Position numbers and translations under genes: made by a program
Assembly (NCBI GenBank): GCA_038087875.1
Contig: JAXLNO010005561.1
Span: forward strand, 1-64,000
Source: Malacoraja senta
Lineage: Eukaryota
Length of the DNA stretch: 64,000 bases
Reading direction: 5' to 3'
Part shown: one piece after another, positions 11,853 to 23,940 of the stretch
How positions within the stretch are numbered: position 1 is the first letter of the stretch
Layout: every line of letters starts with the position of its first letter
The notes under the pieces: model-generated
Told to the model about the DNA's origin: nothing
Seen by the model: the letters and a program-made list of their open reading frames with translations, nothing else
Databases searched by the model: none

Positions 11853-12664
11853 CTGAAAAGCAAAATAAGATGCTGTATTAAAGAGCTTCCACAAGAAAAC
11901 GGACTAGTGCATTTCTAAACGGAGTTTTGTTTGAGCCTCTTTGAGGTTCAAGTGACAAGAAATAAAATCTAAAGGTTGCACTGCAGAGCTGAAGCCCATG
12001 CAAGAATGGAAGAACATTGTTAGCATACATGGGTTTTAAAAATAAACATGTTGATTGATAATGACCATTACATTATAACAGACTGAGAAGAGATTGTTTT
12101 AGAACAAGTCCTATGTGGTACCATTAGCTCACCGAGGGTCATGATCTTCCCCTTTCTTATCCTCTTTGTTCCAATCTCAAAAAAATCCAAAATATTTCCC
12201 TTCCAAAAATCCATACAAACACTGCCCAATCTATTAGTGTATTTTAACTGTTCTATTACCATTCTTTACTCAAAGTTTCTAGTACTTAAAGCTTCAAATG
12301 AAGTCAAGCTGACTGCTCCGCATCTTCTCTAACTTCCTCCTTCTGTCGCCACTATTTTGGAAACTGGAATTTTGGAAGTTGACAATGAGTACATCACTAA
12401 CATCATCACCAGCTACTTCAAAACTCAGGTCATCAAGTCCTTGGAATTACAGGTTTCAGTCCACAGAAATACCCTGATTTTATTTTATATTTCTTTATTC
12501 GCTCTGGATTTTGTATCGCTCTCACTAACCTTTTCCTTTTTCCATGATTTTACAACTTATTCTGTATTTTACTTTCCCATTCTTTATCAATCTTGGATTT
12601 CCTTTGCTGCATTCTGAAATGTTCCCAACATCATTAGCAACATTAATAAAAAACTTTTCTTGTC

Positions 12665-13010
12665 ATAGTCACAGAGTTATATAAAATGAAAACAGGTTCT
12701 TCATCCCACTGAGTCCACACCTCAGGATTTAGCATCATTCATGCTAATCCTACACTAATCCCATTTTTTGTTCTCCCCACATTCCCAGCAATTCATCCCA
12801 GATTCTGCCACTCACCGACACGACAGGATCAATTTACAGTGGCCAAGTAATCAACCAACCCATATGTCTGTGGGATGTGGGAAGAAACTGGAGCAGCAGG
12901 AAGAAACAAACATAGTCACTGGGAGATCGTGCAAACTACACATAGTCAGCACTGGACTGAACTGGGGTGGTTAGAGCTGTGAGTGGCAGCTCTACTAAGC
13001 ACACCACTGT
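12665..13010 (-). mobile_element. Old V-SINE copy
   Basis: gtgggatgtgggaagaaactggagc...gtgcaaactacacatagtcagcac...ggcagctctact. Confidence 0.65.
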
Positions 13011-13871
13011 ACCGAATTTTAACTTATTTCAGCCGCAGGTGTACAACTTTACCTGAGGCTTTTGCATCCTGAAAGGATGTAGACGTGGCAAATTATATAT
13101 AAATTAACTGTTAGCCATTGATGGTTTCACTCTTCCCCAAAGGTTCTCTAACCATCAGAAGACACAGAGTGCTGGAGTAGCTCAGTGGGTCAGGCAGTAT
13201 CTCAGGAGAACATGGATAGGCCTTCCAGGCTTTTGTAAACCAGCATCTTCTGTTCCTGTTTCCCTAACTGTAATATTATTAGCTAATTAATTCCACAATA
13301 CTGGATTTGAAATCACTTAACCCAGGGTTGGTGTATCTCAGTGGTACTGTGGGGAGTAATTGCAGTAATATAGTCTCGATAGCAAATCATCAACTTTACT
13401 CTGTTTCTCTTTCCAGAGATGCTTTCTGACCCACAGTGTTTCCAGAAATGTTCTTATTTATTTTACTTGGTGAAATTCTGAACAACCTTGTTGTGGAAAT
13501 GAAGGCTTAGACTTATGTTTAGTACAAATATAACTATAATTTGATGAATAAAAGTGCTGCAATGTAATGTAGGTACACTCCAAGGTATGCTACGCTGCTA
13601 GGATGAACACGAGTTCAAGGTGCTCCCCTTATTAATTTAATTTTTGAAATTCTGAGCAATAAAGTCCCTGACTGATGATTCATATTGAAGGGCCATAATC
13701 ACATTAATCAGGTGTACACAGATAAGTATACACACATTTGTATTTTTGAGAAGTTCAAAACTGATAATATTTTAGCATGCATTTAATTGAAAAGGAATGA
13801 ATATGTTCTAGGGGTGCCATAGAATTTGCTTGTCTTGGCGTTCACATTTCAACATTTGAAATAGCTTAAGA

Positions 13872-14002
13872 GTGTAGGAAGGATCTGCAGATGCTGGTTT
13901 ACACCAAAGATAGACACAAAATGCTGGAGTAACTCAATGGGACAAGCAGCATCTCTGGAGAGATAGAATGGGTGACGTTTCGGGTTGAGACCCTTCTTCA
14001 GA
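13872..14002 (-). repeat. Penelope-terminus short repeat with intact hammerhead core, SKI-sense in intron 6
   Basis: Minus strand reads U-CUGAAGA-A-GGGU(CUCA)ACCC-GAAA-CGUC-ACCC, followed by the family tail ...CCAGAGATGCTG...GAGTTACTCCAGCATTTTGTGTCTATC... Confidence 0.8.
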
Positions 14003-14766
14003 ATAAGAGTCAGCAGAGAGGAAAATAACTTTCCATGTGTAGGAAATTGAACTATTTTCACAAATGTGAAGAGGAAATAAAGGAGATGAGGCTGATGAAA
14101 AATTAAAGTGTACCAAATTCATTCTGACATACTCGTCCCAGCATAGTTAACAGCTTCAGCTTAAGTCATCTTTGGACTCTTGCTAGCTGTTTTGTCACCC
14201 CCTCTTCACCTGCTATATTTACCAAGTTTTCCCTCTCACAGAAGATAATTTATTTGTCAGAGAGGTGTAATTGGCTTCAACTGAGAATACTAGTGGAGTA
14301 TAATGAACAATCCTCAGCACAGCTCAGCTATAACTAGAGGTCAGGTTTATGCCTGAGCACTCGAGCATCGCAAGTCTGACAATTACATCTTAATTAAAGA
14401 CAGCAGCCAATGCAACACATGGCAGAAATAGGTGGAAATTGTACTATGAAGAGATGGCATAAAACCTTAAGTGTTGCTGGCACGTGCAGATAATGTCAGG
14501 GAAGTCACCACTGGAATATTTATTCTCTCCACCTCTCTCCTAATTTTGCTTTATTATTATTTCACCGTTCATTTGGAGCACACATCATTACCCACCCAAA
14601 CCAGAGAAAGCCGCCACTGCTCTGTGAACAGCTCTTAGGAAGCATGCCGCAGTTAGTAGACAAGCCATGCATCCCTTCTCCCTATCGACATGCTGCCCTC
14701 CCACCAACTCCTCGTTTTGTAGCCACCTTCGCTTCAACAGCCACAAAAACAATAACCCGACCACAT

Positions 14767-15030
14767 GGCGGCACAGTGGTAGAGCTGCTGCCTCACAGCG
14801 CCAGAGACCCGGGTTCAATTCTGGCTACAGGTGCTGTCTGTGCAGAGTTTCTACGTTCTCCCCTGTGACTGCATGGGTTTTCACCGCGTGCTCCGGTTTT
14901 CTCCCACATTCCAAAGGCAAGCGGGTTTGTAGGTTAATTGCCTTCTGCAAATTGCCTTCAGAACCCGGGTGATTAATTGTCGGCATGGACTTGGTGGGCT
15001 TGTTTCCACTCCGTATCTCTAAACTAAACT
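14767..15030 (+). mobile_element. V-SINE (HE1-like)
   Basis: Same head, body and tail as the 2335 copy. Confidence 0.85.
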
Positions 15031-15297
15031 ACACAAGCATCTCCCTTTCAGTAAAACGTTAACATCACCTATCCTATCCATTTTCTCCGAGGTGCTGCCC
15101 TGCTGAGTTACTTCAGCACTTTGTGTCCATGGAGTAGAGGGTGGTTTTGAATGGTGATTCTATTGTAAAAAGTTTCACACTGCTGTGAAGGTGGTTTCAA
15201 CCTATTTTACACCTAAAGACACCACACAATGTCATTTGATTGTTTCACTAGCTAAAACTCTGTGAAAATGTCACATTAGAAACAATGTCACCATCGC

Positions 15298-15425
15298 AAG
15301 AAGGGTCTTGACCCGTAACGTCACCCATTCCTTCTCTCCAGAGATGCTGCCAGTCCTGCTGAGTTACTCCAGCTTTTTGTGTCTATCTTTGGTTTAAACC
15401 AGCATCTGCAGTTCCTTCCTACACA
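15298..15425 (+). repeat. Penelope-terminus repeat
   Basis: aagaagggtcttgacccgtaacgtcaccc...ccagcatctgcagttccttcctacac. Confidence 0.8.
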
Positions 15426-15899
15426 CACCATTGCCCATGACAGCTATAACGTCTCACCTACATGAATAAAGTGTGTTCCTATTACACTGCACTGCTTGGG
15501 TGCAGTAAGGTTAGGTCTGCCCTGTCCCTCAACCAGAACGTACTGTAACGTATTGCAGTTCCCACTCAGCTTTGTTTAGTCTGCCACAGTCATTCTCTGC
15601 AACTTCTCCTGATGTTGAAACAGAAGTCTACATCATTTCCTCTTCCTTCACTTGATTGTTAACATCTTGAATCTGCGAGACTTTCCCTGTTCTTAAACTT
15701 CCTGTACAATTTTGGGAGTGGAGAAGTATTGTTGAATCTTGCAATCTTAACCCTTTCCCACTCCTCCACACAGAAGCTGACCCAGTGTTACTATGGCTAA
15801 AGGTGCAATATAGTGAACCACGTCTAATCTCCTGCTTTTGAAATGCAGTAGCTGTTGTTATACTGTATTTTTCACATTATAGGCAACTTGTATCGGTAT

Positions 15900-16250
15900 C
15901 ATAGAGTCATACAGTGTGGAAACAGGCCCTTCGGTCCAACTTGCTCACACCGGCAAACATGTCCCAGCTACACTCGTCCCACCTGCCAGCATTCGGTCTA
16001 TATCCCTCCAAACTGGTCCTATCCATGTACCTGTCTAACTGCGTCTTAAATGTTGGTCCTTGCCTCAACAACCTCCTCTGGTAGCTTGTTCCATACATCC
16101 ACCACCCTTTGTGTGAAAAAGTTACCCCTCAGATTCCTATTAAATCTTTTCCCCTTCAACTTAAACCTATGTCCTCAATTCACCTACTCTGGGCAAGAGA
16201 CTCTGTGCATCTACCCGATCTATTCCTCTATCTAATCGATCTATTCCTAT
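15900..16250 (-). mobile_element. CR1 LINE 3' fragment
   Basis: Closely similar to the 3040-3380 copy. Confidence 0.88.
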
Positions 16251-16284
16251 CAGTTTAGTGAAATTCAACAAGTAACTGCACATA

Positions 16285-17819
16285 CAGTGGCTTGCAAAAG
16301 TTTTCATACCCCTTGAACTTTTCCACATTTTGTCACGTTATAACCACAAACGTAAATGTATTTTATTGGGATTTTATGTGATAGACCAACACAAAGTGGT
16401 GCATAATTGTGAAGTGGAAGGAAAATGATACATGGTTTTCAAATTTTTTTACAAATAAAAAACTGAAAAGTGTCGCGTGCAAAAGTATTCAGCCCCCCTG
16501 AGTCAATACTTTGTAGAACCACCTTTCGCTGCAATTACAGCTGCAAGTCTTTTGGGGTATGTCTCTACCAGCTTTGCACATCTAGAGACTGACATTTTTG
16601 CCCATTCTTCTTTGCAAAATAGCTCAAGCTCAGTCAGATTGGATGGAGAGCGTCTGTGAACAGCAATTTTCAAGTCTTGCCAGAGATTCTCAATTGGATT
16701 TAGGTCTGGACTTTGACTGGGCCATTCTAACACATGAATATGCTTTGATCTAAACCATTCCATTGTAGCTCTGGCTGTATGTTTAGGGTCGTTGTCCTGC
16801 TGGAAGGTGAACCTCCGCCCCAGTCTCAAGTCTTTTGCAGACTCTAACAGGTTTTCTTCCAAGATTGCCCTGTATTTGGCTCCATCCATCTTCCCATCAA
16901 CTCTGACCAGCTTCCCTGTCCCTGCTGAAGAAAAGCATCCCCACAGCATGATGCTGCCACCACCATGTTTCACAGTGGGGATGGTGTGTTCAGGGTGATG
17001 TGCAGTGTTAGGTTTCCGCCACACATAGCGTTTTGCATTTAGGCCAAAAACTTCAATTTTGGTCTCATCTGACCAGAGCACCTTCCTCCACATGTTTGCT
17101 GTGTCCCCCACATGGCTTGTGGCAAACTGCAAACGGGACTTCTTATGGCTTTTTTTCAACAATGGCTTTCTTCTTGCCACTTTGCCCGATTTGTGGACAG
17201 ATTCTCCCACCTGGTTACCATGAGCCTCTTGGCTGCTTCTCTGATCAATGCTCTCCTTGCCCGGCCTGTCAGTTTAGGTGGACGGCCATGTCTTGGTAGG
17301 TTTGCAGTTGTGCCATACTCTTTCCATTTTCGGATGATGGATTGAACAGTGCTCCATGAGATGTTCAAAGCTTGGGATATTTTTTTATAACCTAACCCTG
17401 CTTTAAACTTCTCCACAACTTTATCCCTGACCTGTCTGGTGTGTTCCTTGGGCTTCATGATGCTGTTTGTTCACTAATGTTCTCTAACAAACCTCTGAGG
17501 CCTTCACAGAACAGCTGTATTTATACTGAGATTAGATTACACACAAGTGGACTCTATTTACTAATTAGGTGACTTCTGAAGGCAATTGGTTGCACTGGAT
17601 TTTATTTAGGGGTATCAGAGTAAAGGGGGCTGAATACTTTTGCACGCGACACTTTTCAGTTTTTTATTTGTAACATCATTTTCCTTCCACTTCACAATTA
17701 TGCGCCACTTTGTGTTGGTCTATCACATAAAATCCCAATAAAATACATTTACGTTTGTGGTTGTAACGTGACAAAATGTGGAAAAGTTCAAGGGGTATGA
17801 ATACTTTTGCAAGCCACTG
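16285..17819 (-). mobile_element. Tc1/mariner DD34E transposon, Passport/Eagle/Glan-like, IR/DR type, defective
   Basis: TA|CAGTGGCTTGCAAAAG...CTTTTGCAAGCCACTG|TA. TIRs ~210 bp with inner and outer GCAAAAGT(A/T)TTCA direct repeats. Transposase on the minus strand. Confidence 0.97.
16503..17458 (-). pseudogene. Tc1 transposase, frameshifted by internal deletions near 17180-17220
   Basis: N-terminal MKPKEHT...GRPPKL (17156-17458) and C-terminal WSDETK...QQDNDPKH...SPDLNPIE (16503-17210) are in different frames. D-to-E spacing counted as 34. Confidence 0.95.
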
Positions 17820-18753
17820 TACATAATGCACAAGATTAATTTTGGTAAAGCAACATAGTGCATCGATGTTATACACCTAACCGTGCGACAAAATCAGGAT
17901 TATAACTAGCAGCTGTTCAAAACTATGAATTTGTGGAGAAGGCAGTGCAACGGTCATGTTACATTGGATAAGGAAGCTTCAAAGTTGCTTGATTAATAAA
18001 CTGAATATGAAATTTTGGAAATGAAAACTTCCACCCTTCTCCCTGTACCAGGACACCTTGGTGCTAACCATGACAATTCACAGTTTGAGATGATCAGGGT
18101 TGCTCGGACTTGGAACTGGGAAGGATAGTTGCCATTTGCAGCTCCCTGTCATAATGACATGAATGCAGATGCAAAGGTGGTCCTGAACCAACACTACTGT
18201 CTGCAGGTTCGGACTATATGGCCAAATTTATGCTGCAAGCAGAAAAGCAGTGAACGTCTTTGATTCAACTTTACGAATACCATTCAAAAAGGTGCTGGAT
18301 CACCTTGGAGAAATGTAATCCAGCATTGGTTATGGGGAGAGGCAGGAGAATGGGGTTGAGAGGGATAAATAGATTGGCCATGATCGAATGGTGTTGCAGA
18401 CTCGATGGGCCGAATGGCCTAATTCTGCTCCTTTGTCTTATGGAAATCACATCTCGCATTCTGCACGCCATCTCCCCGAACTCATCCTCTAATTCCCCAA
18501 CTCTGCTCTGCCATATCTCCTACATCACTGACCACTGAGGTGTATCTTATGCTCACAACCAGAACACCCTCTGACCAGCACATTTTAGTTAACATCCTGC
18601 AAATGTTAAGATTTTGGCTTTCCTGTTCTCATAACCCAAATTATCAGTCACCACATGATACAACGGCAAAGCAGTACTTTTGCAATGTACAACAGAGTGT
18701 CAAGCTGTGAGTTCTGTATGTTTATGCATGTAGTGTGACGCTGAGCTCAGTCA

Positions 18754-19029
<276 letters not shown>

Positions 19030-19066
19030 TTAAGTAGAATTTTAAAGACGCCGAACAATTTGTAAA

Positions 19067-20389
19067 TGGGTGTATCCGTAAATACAGCACTCAGGAGTGA
19101 AACTGGTCGTCTCCAAACTTCCAGGTTATTTTCCTGTTTTTTATGTAATATTCCCATTGTTTCATATCCTGTATTTTAAGTAGTATAGATCATGGTGTAT
19201 ATCCAAAATAATGAGATGAAGCAAAAATAAATAAATCTGTTTTTACAAAGAAAAATATCCGATGTCTGTGTTTTCTTGCCTTTTTTTGGTGACAAGCAGG
19301 ATTTCATCAAATCCTTAGGCTAATTTATATCAGAAAGATTACATTAATTTTGTAATTAAATAACTCTGTACAAGCCAAATTCCTATTATGCTTATGATTT
19401 CTATCATTCATCGCCCGATTAGATGTTTTTCTGATGCCCCAAATTTTTGCAGCACAACGTGAGTAGCAGTATCCATTTGGTCATGTGTGAAATGTGTGAA
19501 TTAAAAGCAGAGTAACCGTTTTTATATTTATTGCTACTTTTTTTTATTGTTTATAGTTTATGTTTAAGCTTTCCATTGAAATACTTAATAATGAATAGAA
19601 CTTAAAATCATGAAATAAAAATCTAGTTTTCTCACCTATTTTAGCGATGTATTATTCTGAAGTCCCTCCCATTTTTTGAAGTCGTCAATGCTATAACATT
19701 TTTTTTGCACTCATTGCAATTTTAAACAAATTCAAACAACGCGGTTGTAATGACCGTGATCTGAACTACGGGCCTCGTGGTGGGTTACGTGCCGACATTT
19801 TGTAAGGGAGCTTAGAAATCGGTATAAGAGACAGTGTCCCAGTGGTCACGTTGTGAGCCGCCGTTCTGTTCACTTTATTTTGCTCGGAATCATTGGTTGG
19901 TAAAAATCTTTTTGCACTTTTTTGTTCTTTTCCTGTAAATGTTGAGTCTTGTTTACTATAATTTTTTTTTAATTCCGTTAAACTTTCATTGCTTGTTGCT
20001 ATGTTGTTGTAAAGTGTATGCACTGTGGCGAAGAGAATCAAAAGTGATCTGGTCACAGATAACACCAAGTCTCGTTGAAAGTATGCTCCTGTCTACACAG
20101 ATGATTTTGGTTCTGGGCAAATTTTGAGTAAATTAACATTGAATTCGATGCAAGGTTACTATATTCATTCTCATTTATGTATATCGTTAAAAAAAATCAT
20201 AATTTTATATCTCTTTTTTTCAAATTTTGAAAGTATTAAATTTTAGTCGATTTTGATCACAAATTAGCTCAAAGGGATCATAGGTAGGCCCATTTTTAAT
20301 GTTGTGGTATTTCATTATAAGTTAATAACTTTCAAATTTGGTCACCCATGTCACACACAAGATGGTACCCATATTTACGGAAACACCCA
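19067..20389. mobile_element. Unclassified non-autonomous TIR (DNA) element, ~1.3 kb
   Basis: TGGGTGTATCCGTAAATA (19067-19084) and TATTTACGGAAACACCCA (20372-20389) form a 17/18 inverted match. The interior is AT-rich and compositionally distinct from the flanks. Confidence 0.6.
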
Positions 20390-20739
20390 AGTGTAGTTTT
20401 CTACTGTGACCCGTCATTCTTTGTAAATTCCTTTCTTAAAAACGTTCATATCAACACAAAGATGCCTTCTTCCCCTGTGAATCGCATGCATAGGCATGAT
20501 TCAGATGACTTTCTTGCTATTTTCAGTTCTGTGTCTGGAGTCCAGAGGCATTATACTGACTGGCAGCCATGAATGCCATTTAATCTAAAAGAGCTTTTAT
20601 GTTGAAAACAAGGCTCAAAGCCGTGATTAAAGATCATACCGAAGAAGTACAAGGGCTGTGTTCTGCTTTATCCTAACCTATGTACTACTGGGGAGCCAAT
20701 AGTTTAGAATTCATTTTACAATCTGGCAATTATTTGTTT

Positions 20740-22030
20740 AAGAAGGGAAGTAGAGAGAATCCAGAGAGTCAATGAGCCTCATGTCAGTGGCAGAGAAGTT
20801 ATTAGAGAGGATTCTTCAGAGTAAGATTTACTCCCATTTGGAAGATACTTTGCTAACGAGGGACAGTCAGCATGGCTTTGTATGTTGCAGGTCGTACTAA
20901 CTTGATTGAGTTTTTTGGGGAGGTGACGAAGGTGATTAATGAAAGTGGTTGATTAAGATAGTTGTCTACATGGATTTTGGTAAGGCATTTGATAAAGTCC
21001 CCCTTGTAGGCCGATCCCGAAGATTAGGATGTATGGCACCCACAGTGACTTGGTCATATGCATTAAGAACTGGCTTATTGATAGAAGGGTTGTGGTGGAA
21101 GGACAATATTTGGGCCGGAGGTCTGTAACCAATAAAATTCTGCAGGGATCTGTGCTGGGACCTCTGCTTTTTGTCATATATATATATATATATATATATA
21201 TTGATCGTAAATGTAGATGGGTTGGTTAGTAAATTAGCATCACCAAGATTGCTGGGGTCGCGGACTGTCAAGAAGGCTGTCAGGGTATACAGCTGGATAT
21301 AGATCAACTACAGGAATGAGCAGAGAAATGGCAGATGGCGTTTAATCTGAGTAAAAGTGAGCTGTTGCACTTTGGGAGCTAGAACGTAAGGGGAAAAGAA
21401 ACAATTAATAGCATGACCCTTAACAGCATTGATGTACAGAGATCTTGGGGTTCAGGCCCATAACTCCCTGAAAGTGGCAACACAAGTAAGTAGAATAGTA
21501 AAGAAGGCATATGGTATGCTTGCTGTCATAGGTCGGGGCAATGAGTATCAGAGTCAGGAAGTCATGTTGCAGGTTATACAACTGTGGTTAAGCCGCATTT
21601 GGAGTATTGCATGCAGTTCAAATCGTCCCATTATAGGAAGCATATGAAGGCTTTGGAGAGGGTGCAGATGAGGTTCACCAGAATGATGCCTGGATTAAAG
21701 AGTATTAGTTATAAGGAGAGGTTGAATAGACTTGGATTGTTTTCTTTTTGGGGAGTCCTGATAGAAGTATATAAAATTATAAGAAGCATAGATGGAGTAG
21801 ATAGTGTGAACCTTCTTCCCCAGGGTGGAAATATCAAAGACTACAGTTTTAAGGTTAGAGGAGCAAAGTTTAAAGTCTTTATGTTCTTTGAGAAATGTGG
21901 GGCAAGTTCTATTTACACAGAGGGTGGTGAATGCCTGGAACATGCTGCCAGGGATGGTGGTGGAGGCAGATACGATAGTGGCTTTTAAGAGGCTTTTGTA
22001 TAGGCACATAAACAGGGAATGGAGGAATAA
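20740..22030 (+). mobile_element. Degenerate CR1 LINE ORF2 fragment
   Basis: Broken frames carrying DFGKAFDKV, LQGSVLGPLLFVIY, KPHLEYCMQF and FTQRVVNAWNMLP. Confidence 0.9.
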
Positions 22031-22557
22031 AGATAAATATGCTCTTGGCTATTCTTAGCCATTTTCTATTTTACTAATATCCAAATATATGATGGATTAC
22101 AGAAGACTGGACTGAACAGGTGGATATCTGGAGAAACGAGAGACACTTCCAGATGCAAGTCTGGACATGGTGAGTATGAATTTCTGCCGATAGGTTAACT
22201 CATTCTTGTCGCAAGTGCCGACTTAAAGGCTTGCTTTCTTCTCAGCCCTTTCACATTCTCAGCCCTTTCACATCTCATGTTTGTAAGGGATTTTATAATT
22301 AATACTCCCTTGTTTCTCGTTCATAGAAATGCAGTCCTTGCTAATTAATTTTGAGGGCCACAAATTTGGAACTTCCTCCACAGTGGAGAATGAAACAGTA
22401 AAACCAATATTTACAATCATCAATCCATCCACATTGGTTGTTTATGTCAGTTGCTAATCTGCTTGATGACTGCTAATGTAGGGGTGCACTGTTAGTTTAT
22501 TCTATATTTTCCTGCCATTGAATACAATCTTTCTTCTCATGCACTTTCTTATCTCAC

Positions 22558-22856
22558 CTGTTGCAAACTGCGCTTGGCTTGCAAAGCAGCATTCAGCTTT
22601 TCCTCTTGCTTCACTCGCATCTTTATGATTTCATGTAAGAATTTCTCCTTTGCCTCCTTGGTGTCAATTCCAACATCCAAGGCCTGTCTTAACTGTTCTA
22701 ACTCCACTTCCAGTCCACCGTTGTGGGTCTCTGTGTGACCTGAAGTCTCAAGGTTTCCGTTGGATGCGACCAGGACCCCAGGTGAGCTCAGATCCTTTGC
22801 TGATGAGCCAGATGAAGTGAAGGAAGGGGAAGAAAGTGATGACAATGACGATGTGA
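22558..22856 (-). CDS. SKI: SKI coding exon 5 (299 bp, phase 1/0)
   Basis: ttctacag|TC...CAG|gtgaga. Translates [27 protein letters not shown]...[49 protein letters not shown]. Confidence 0.96.
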
Positions 22857-23111
22857 CTGTAGAAAGGAAAAAACATTTGCATTATTGCTCGTGCATGGAT
22901 AATCCTACCAACACGATTCCTTCTTGTGGTCACTTTTACATTTGGGAAACAGAGCACTGGTTGGGACAGGTGAGCTGGCTCAAAGATTGTTGATTTTTAC
23001 CTCTTCCTAAACTCCTTGCTGTACAAATTAAACCCTGCCCAAGAAAGAAGGAAGGAAAGCTGTCAGCACCAAAGCGACTTTGTCTTACTTGTTTAAAAAA
23101 CTTCCATCACA

Positions 23112-23367
23112 GGAGTGACACTGTGGCACAGTGGTAGAGTTGCAGCCTTACAGCGCCAGAGACCCGGGTTCTAGCATGATTACGGGTGCTGCCTGTATGG
23201 TGTTTGCACTCCAAAGACGTACAGGTTTGTAGATGAATTGGCTTGGTATAATAGTAAATTGTCCCCAGAGTGTGTAAGATAGTGTTAGTATGCGGGGATC
23301 ATTGGTTGGCACAGACTCAGTGGGCCGAAGGGCCTGTTTTCACACTGTGTCTCGAAACTAAACTAAA
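23112..23367 (+). mobile_element. V-SINE (HE1-like) in SKI intron 4
   Basis: gtggcacagtggtagagttgcagccttacagcgccagagacccgggttc...gggccgaagggcctgtttt...aaactaaacta. Confidence 0.85.
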
Positions 23368-23510
23368 GCATGTAAAACCAATCAGCCCCGACTAGCGCTG
23401 TGCTGCAGAGATCTGGAGGCAGTCCATTCATCAGGCTTATCGATACGGAGAGGAATTTGGGGGTGGGAGAGTGGGAGTAAATTTATAAGCCGTGTGTGAA
23501 TTAAACTTAC

Positions 23511-23779
23511 ATCCTTCCCTGCTCTCAACTTCCACTTCAGCTTCGGATTCTTTGTCTTCAGAAGGAAACGTAGGAGCAAGGGGAGCAGCTGCTTCCTGTT
23601 CAAGGCTTGATTCCGCAGTTACCCTCCTTTTCCGAGATCTGCTAACTTCATTTGGTGTCCCAATGTTCTGTGTGACTGCAGTGGCCAGCGGTGACTGTCG
23701 TCCACTCCTCTGCTGGGGCAGTGGTGTTAGAGCCACGTTTGGTGCTACTGAACTTTCGTAACTTTTGTATGCATAGAAA
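23511..23779 (-). CDS. SKI: SKI coding exon 4 (269 bp, phase 2/1)
   Basis: ctccatag|TTTC...GGAT|gtaagt. Translates FYAYKSYESSVAPNVAL...RSRKRRVT...EDKESEAEVEVESRE, with the basic NLS-like cluster and acidic tract of SKI. Confidence 0.95.
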
Positions 23780-23940
23780 CTATGGAGAGAGCACAAAACT
23801 ATTCAGAACAGACAAGAATTCATATCCATCCTCGAAATACAATCAAATCTTCCCTCCCCTACACAAATTGAATCTTTTTGTACTATTAATGTTCGGACTT
23901 TTCACCTTAAAACTGCCAAAGTGTTGGATGATAGACACAA

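Noticed and set aside
19766-20068. 100-aa ORF inside the TIR element as a transposase remnant
   Set aside because: No DDE, HTH or zinc-finger motif recognisable.
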